Positions 59,627 to 64,000 of a DNA stretch of 64,000 bases are shown here, one piece after another. The translations under genes and the position numbers were made by a program. The DNA comes from a candidate division FCPU426 bacterium (GTDB lineage: Bacteria > Oederibacteriota > JAAXVQ01 > JAUVAV01): positions 478,526 to 542,525 of the forward strand of contig JBFLYH010000002.1 of the NCBI GenBank assembly GCA_040756875.1, in the 5' to 3' direction. Under the pieces are notes generated by a model. The model did not search any database. It was not told the DNA's origin and saw only the letters and a list, made by a program, of their open reading frames with translations. Positions within the stretch are counted from its first letter, which is position 1; the number at the start of each line of letters is the position of its first letter.

Positions 59627-61537
59627 TCAGGCTTTCTCTTCCGGCCGGTCCTGGGATTTGAACTCCGCATCCACCACGTTTTCTTCGGTACCCGGTTGCG
59701 GGTTCCCGGGTTCGGCTTGCGCCTTGCCGGCCGACTGCGTGGCGCGCGCGTAAACCGCTTCGCCGAGCTTTTGCGCCAGCTTTTCGACCTTGCCGCAGGC
59801 CGCCGTGATCGCGTCGTTGTCATCGCCGGCCAGGGCCTTTTTCAGCTCTTCGACGGACTTCTTCACCTGGTCGCGGACTTGTTCGTCCACTTTATCACTG
59901 TGCTCGGCCAGGATTTTTTCCGTATTGTAAACCAGCGCGTCGCCCCGGTTGCGGGCCTCGGCCGTCTGCTGACGTTTGACGTCGTCTTCCGCGTGGCTCT
60001 CCGCTTCCTTGACCATGCGGTCAATGTCCTTCTGGTCCAGGCCGGAACTGGCCGTAATGGTGATTTTCTGTTCGCGTCCGGTTCCCAGATCCTTGGCCGA
60101 AACATGCACGATGCCGTTGGCGTCGATGTCAAACGTGACTTCGATCTGCGGTACGCCGCGCGGGGCCGGCGGAATGCCTGTCAGGTCGAAGCGGCCCAGC
60201 GTCCGGTTGTCGTCGGCCATCTTGCGCTCGCCCTGCAGGACCCGGATGGAGACCGTAGTCTGGCTGTCCGAGGCGGTCGAGAATATCTGGCTCTTTTTGG
60301 TCGGGATGGTGGTATTGCGCGGAATGAGCTCGGTGCTTACGCCGCCCAGGGTCTCGATGCCGAGGGTCAGGGGCGTCACGTCCAGCAGCAGCACATCCTT
60401 GACCTCTCCCTTGAGCACTCCGGCCTGGATGGCCGCGCCCACGGCCACGACCTCGTCGGGATTCACGCCTTTGTGCGGTTCGCGGCCGAAAAACTCCTTC
60501 ACTTTCTGCTGCACCAGGGGCATGCGCGTTTGGCCGCCCACCAGCACCACTTCCTGGATGTCGCCCGGCTTAAGGCCGGCATCCTCCAGGGCCCGCTGCA
60601 TGGGCTGAATGGTCCGTTCCACCAGGTGCGCGGTCAACTGTTCCAGCTTCGCGCGCGTCAGCGTAGTGGTGAGATGCTTGGGGCCCGAGGCGTCCGCCGT
60701 GATAAAGGGCAGGTTGATCTCGGTTTGCAGCATGCTGGAGAGCTCGCACTTGGCTTTTTCCCCGCCCTCTTTCAACCGCTGCAAGGCCATCTTGTCCTGG
60801 CGCAGGTCGATGCCGTAGTTCTGTTTGAAGTCGTCCGCCAGCCAGTTGATGATCACCTGGTCGAAATCGTCGCCGCCCAGGTGGGTGTCGCCGTTGGTGG
60901 ACTTGACCTCGAACACGCCGTCGCCCAGCTCCAGGATGGAAATATCGTAGGTGCCGCCGCCCAGGTCGTAGACCGCGATTTTCTGGGCCTTCTTTTTCTC
61001 CAACCCGTACGCCAGGGAGGCGGCCGTGGGTTCGTTGATGATGCGCAGCACGTTGAGCCCGGCGATCTTGCCCGCGTCCTTGGTGGCCTGGCGCTGGCTG
61101 TCGTTGAAGTAGGCCGGCACCGTGATCACCGCCTCGGCCACGGGCTCGCCCAAAAAGGCCTCGGCGTCGGTCTTGAGCTTTTGCAGAATCATGGCCGAAA
61201 TTTCCGGCGGCGCGTACTGCTTGCCCATGACTTCGACGCGGACATCGCCGTTGGAGGCGGCTACGGTGTGGTAGGGGACGATTTTTTCCTCTTCGGTCGC
61301 CTCGTTGAAACGCCGGCCCATGAACCGTTTGATGGAAAAAACGGTGTTTTCGGGGTTGGTGATCGCCTGGCGTTTGGCCACCTGGCCGACTAGGCGCTCC
61401 TGGTTTTTGGCGAAGCCCACGACCGAGGGAGTGGTCCGCGCGCCTTCGGCGCTGGGGATGACCACCGGTTCCCCGCCTTGCATGACCGCCACGCAGGAAT
61501 TGGTCGTTCCCAGATCGATGCCGATGACTTTACCCAT
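59627..61537 (-). CDS. dnaK: Chaperone DnaK
   Basis: [47 protein letters not shown]. Confidence 0.98.
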   Translation of the reverse strand: MGKVIGIDLGTTNSCVAVMQGGEPVVIPSAEGARTTPSVVGFAKNQERLVGQVAKRQAITNPENTVFSIKRFMGRRFNEATEEEKIVPYHTVAASNGDVRVEVMGKQYAPPEISAMILQKLKTDAEAFLGEPVAEAVITVPAYFNDSQRQATKDAGKIAGLNVLRIINEPTAASLAYGLEKKKAQKIAVYDLGGGTYDISILELGDGVFEVKSTNGDTHLGGDDFDQVIINWLADDFKQNYGIDLRQDKMALQRLKEGGEKAKCELSSMLQTEINLPFITADASGPKHLTTTLTRAKLEQLTAHLVERTIQPMQRALEDAGLKPGDIQEVVLVGGQTRMPLVQQKVKEFFGREPHKGVNPDEVVAVGAAIQAGVLKGEVKDVLLLDVTPLTLGIETLGGVSTELIPRNTTIPTKKSQIFSTASDSQTTVSIRVLQGERKMADDNRTLGRFDLTGIPPAPRGVPQIEVTFDIDANGIVHVSAKDLGTGREQKITITASSGLDQKDIDRMVKEAESHAEDDVKRQQTAEARNRGDALVYNTEKILAEHSDKVDEQVRDQVKKSVEELKKALAGDDNDAITAACGKVEKLAQKLGEAVYARATQSAGKAQAEPGNPQPGTEENVVDAEFKSQDRPEEKA

Positions 61538-61584
61538 GAAAGTCGTTCCTTTCGCCGCGAAACGGGAACCTTCCCGGACGCCGC

Positions 61585-61614
61585 AAAAAAATGTCCCGCG
61601 TTTTCATCCGCGGG
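61585..61614 (-). terminator. Terminator-like hairpin between grpE and dnaK
   Basis: Minus strand CCCGCG-gatgaaaa-CGCGGG-aca-TTTTTTT. Confidence 0.45.
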
Positions 61615-61629
61615 TCTCATGCGAAGGGA

Positions 61630-62265
61630 TCAGTGCTTGGCCACTTTCACCATGGCCGGGCGGACGACTTTGCCGTTGAGGGTGTACCCTTTTTGCAGGA
61701 TCTCCACCACCGTATCGTCCGGAATGCTTTTGTCTTCGACGCGCTGCAGAGCCTGGTGAATGGCCGGGTTGAAGGCGCAGGGGGCTTCGGCGATGCGCGT
61801 GATCCCCAATTTTTCCAGCGCGGTCACGAATTGCCGGTGGATCAGCTCCACGCCCTCGGTGATCTTTTTCACTTCCGTCGCTTCCGCTGCGTGGGCGAGC
61901 GTGCGCTCCAGATTGTCCAGCACCGGCAGGATCTCCAGCAGCAAGTCCTCGCCGGCATAGCGCATGAGCTCCGCCCGTTCCCGGCCGACGCGTTTCTTGT
62001 AATTCTCCAACTCGGCCAGGGCCCGCAAGTAGCGGTCATAGTTGAGGTTGGCCTTTTCGTCCAACTCCTTGAGTTTGGCCCGCAACGCGGTCAGTTCGTC
62101 ACCCGTCGCTTCTCCGCCCGGCAGATCCTCGACTTCTTCGCCGAAAGCTTTGGTCGGGTCCTGGCTGCCGGGAAACGGGTTGTTGGTCGCCACCTTGCCG
62201 TGTTCCTGGGCCTGAGGGTGCGGGGCGGATTTCGGGGCTTCGTCCTCGGGGTTATCGTACCACAC
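61630..62265 (-). CDS. grpE: Nucleotide exchange factor GrpE
   Basis: [33 protein letters not shown]...RPAMVKV. Confidence 0.95.
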   Translation of the reverse strand: MWYDNPEDEAPKSAPHPQAQEHGKVATNNPFPGSQDPTKAFGEEVEDLPGGEATGDELTALRAKLKELDEKANLNYDRYLRALAELENYKKRVGRERAELMRYAGEDLLLEILPVLDNLERTLAHAAEATEVKKITEGVELIHRQFVTALEKLGITRIAEAPCAFNPAIHQALQRVEDKSIPDDTVVEILQKGYTLNGKVVRPAMVKVAKH

Positions 62266-63316
62266 GGTCTGACTCCCTTTGGGATGGTGCGGCCTGGGCG
62301 TACGCCAACGCCTGCGCGGCCGTATTCACAAGCGGAATGATCCTCTGATACGCCATGCGCCGGGGTCCGATCACGCCGATGCAGACCCATTCGCCGGCGC
62401 TGCCCAGCGGCACGGTCTCGGTGATGAACGCCAGCGCCGACAAGGGGCCGGCGGCGTCCTCGCCAAACACGACCCGGACGCCTTCGCGCTCGATGCCCGG
62501 CGCCTCGAAAGACCGCAGCAGATCCTCGCGGCGGTCCAACATGGCGATCAGGCGGCGCGTGGCGGCCAGATCGTTGAATTCAGGCTGCTGAATCAGGTTG
62601 CTGGCGCCTTCCATCACCACTTCGGACCGGCGATGGGCCTGCAACTGCGCCACGGCCCAGGCCAGCGCCCGCTGCAACCAGGTGGCCAGACGCCGATCCG
62701 TGCCCGGCCAGGGTGACCGCGACAGTTGCTCCAGCTCGGAAGCCGTAAGCCCGCGGCCCCGTTCATTGATCAGCCGGGTCGCATGTTCCAGGAGATCCAG
62801 GTTGACCTGCTCGCCCAGATCCACCACTTGGCGGAAAACCGCGTCCGACTGGGTCTCCACCGCCAGCAAGACTCGCCGGCTGGCCAGTCGGTAAAGCTGA
62901 ATGCGCTTGAGCCGTTCGCCCGCCTGCGCGGGCAGCCAGCTCACCGCCAGCAATTGGGACGTGACGGCCAGCACCTGGGCCGTAACCTGGATCAGGTCTT
63001 CGCGTTCCTGGACTTGCTTCAGGATTTCAAAAGCCGAAAGCCGGGAATTTCCGGCGTGCCGGGGCACTTGTTTGAGCAGATGCTCAACGAAATAACGGTA
63101 GGCGCGCCCCGTGGGGACTTTCCCGGACGAAGTGTAGGGATGCTCCAGATAGCCGGCGGCTTCGAGCCTGGCCAGCACGTTGCGGACGGTGGCCGAGCTC
63201 CAGTCCAGCCCGTAGTGCACGCAGAGTTCCTGCGAACTGACCGGCTCGGCGGTCGCGATGTGCCTTTCGATCAAGGCCCCCAGCAGAATGTGGTCCCGTT
63301 CGTTCAGCAAGGTCAT
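62252..63316 (-). CDS. hrcA: Heat-inducible transcription repressor HrcA (divergent)
   Basis: EPVSS, SSATVRN, GYLEHPYTSSGKVPT..AYRYFV, QPEF, GVIGPRRM.Y; directly upstream of grpE. Confidence 0.88.
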   Translation of the reverse strand: MTLLNERDHILLGALIERHIATAEPVSSQELCVHYGLDWSSATVRNVLARLEAAGYLEHPYTSSGKVPTGRAYRYFVEHLLKQVPRHAGNSRLSAFEILKQVQEREDLIQVTAQVLAVTSQLLAVSWLPAQAGERLKRIQLYRLASRRVLLAVETQSDAVFRQVVDLGEQVNLDLLEHATRLINERGRGLTASELEQLSRSPWPGTDRRLATWLQRALAWAVAQLQAHRRSEVVMEGASNLIQQPEFNDLAATRRLIAMLDRREDLLRSFEAPGIEREGVRVVFGEDAAGPLSALAFITETVPLGSAGEWVCIGVIGPRRMAYQRIIPLVNTAAQALAYAQAAPSQRESDRVVR

Positions 63317-63335
63317 AGGCGCAAGCGGCTCCCAA

Positions 63336-64000
63336 TCAAGCCCGATGGGCGTAAAGCTTGTAATCCAGGTCCGGAAAGACATTATCCTTATATTCGATAT
63401 CCGACAGCCAGTCAACCTCAACCCGATGGTTTTTCAAGTCCCAGTACAGCCGGTTGAACCGCTCCAGGTGGTCGCGGGTCCGTTTGACCGCGTACTCCAC
63501 CATGGTGCCGGTCTTCATGATGAAGGCCCAGTCCGAACTTTGGGCCAGCAGCAATTCCCTGCCCGCCTGGTTGAGGGCGCGGCGCTGCAGATAGCTCGGG
63601 TGATGGAAGGAGTCGGCCAGTTCGACCATCCGTTCCACGGCCTTGTGCAAATGGCGGTAGACCCAGTCATTGGGCCCGGCCAGCCATTGTTCATGATAGC
63701 CCTTGTAGCCCCAGGACGACGTGGTGGGCGTCACCACCTGCAAGGTCGGGTTCTCGGCGAGGTATTCGGGCGCGGTCACGGAACGCAGGTCGTTCTGGTC
63801 GTAGTGCAGTTTCCGGAACAGGAACTCCAGAAACTCGGGGCCTTCGTACCACCAGTGGCCGTACAACTCCGCGTCGTAGGGCGACACGATCACCGGCTTC
63901 TTGCCCATGAGCCCGTGGAGGAACTCCGCCTGCTTCTGGCGGTTGAACATGAAGTTACCTGCATGCTCGGCCGTCTTGTCCCGCGCGGCTTGGGGATGAT
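63336..64000 (-). CDS. GH57 1,4-alpha-glucan branching enzyme (DUF1957 C-domain; 3' part only)
   Basis: HAGNF, PYDAELYGHWWYEG, SSWG..GY, RELLLAQSSDWAFIM, DNVFP. Confidence 0.9.
   Translation of the reverse strand, partial: HPQAARDKTAEHAGNFMFNRQKQAEFLHGLMGKKPVIVSPYDAELYGHWWYEGPEFLEFLFRKLHYDQNDLRSVTAPEYLAENPTLQVVTPTTSSWGYKGYHEQWLAGPNDWVYRHLHKAVERMVELADSFHHPSYLQRRALNQAGRELLLAQSSDWAFIMKTGTMVEYAVKRTRDHLERFNRLYWDLKNHRVEVDWLSDIEYKDNVFPDLDYKLYAHRA

Overview
A 64-kb chromosomal window from a GC-rich diderm bacterium (LptD, PilQ secretin, beta-barrel proteins) whose gene order mixes Firmicutes-like and deltaproteobacteria-like traits. All ~57 credible genes lie on the minus strand; the long plus-strand ORFs are antisense shadows. 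In transcription order (right to left): GH57 branching enzyme (partial), hrcA-grpE-dnaK-dnaJ, TolB-like lipoprotein, rsmE, aroE, a divergent pilT plus a prepilin, pilMNOP-[AT-rich cassette]-pilQ, aroC-aroK, ptb, RlmI-type methyltransferase, cheA-cheC-(FtsA-like ATPase with ubiquitin-like repeats), dprA-(beta-barrel)-comB, topA-(unknown)-xerC-hslVU-argBDF-GT2-[AT-rich island]-argGH, an MsmK-type ATPase, lptD, and a large nucleotide-sugar/surface-polysaccharide operon ending in a Wzx flippase (partial). Main leads: (1) an AT-rich island inside the arg operon encoding a PorV-like barrel fused through a Pro/Thr linker to a second barrel, a small protein with a T9SS-like C-terminal domain, a secreted protein with a phage tail-collar/fibre tip, and a GT39/PMT glycosyltransferase, i.e. 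a candidate compact fibre-display system; (2) a 2.6-kb integrase-free cassette between pilP and pilQ, bounded by an exact 21-bp duplication of the pilP 3' end, encoding a beta-propeller and a lytic transglycosylase nested inside an Ig-like domain; (3) a cheA-cheC pair coupled to an FtsA-like/ubiquitin-repeat protein; (4) a PilT paralogue with eroded catalytic motifs; (5) several structured intergenic elements. All family calls come from motif recognition by eye; no database searches were run.
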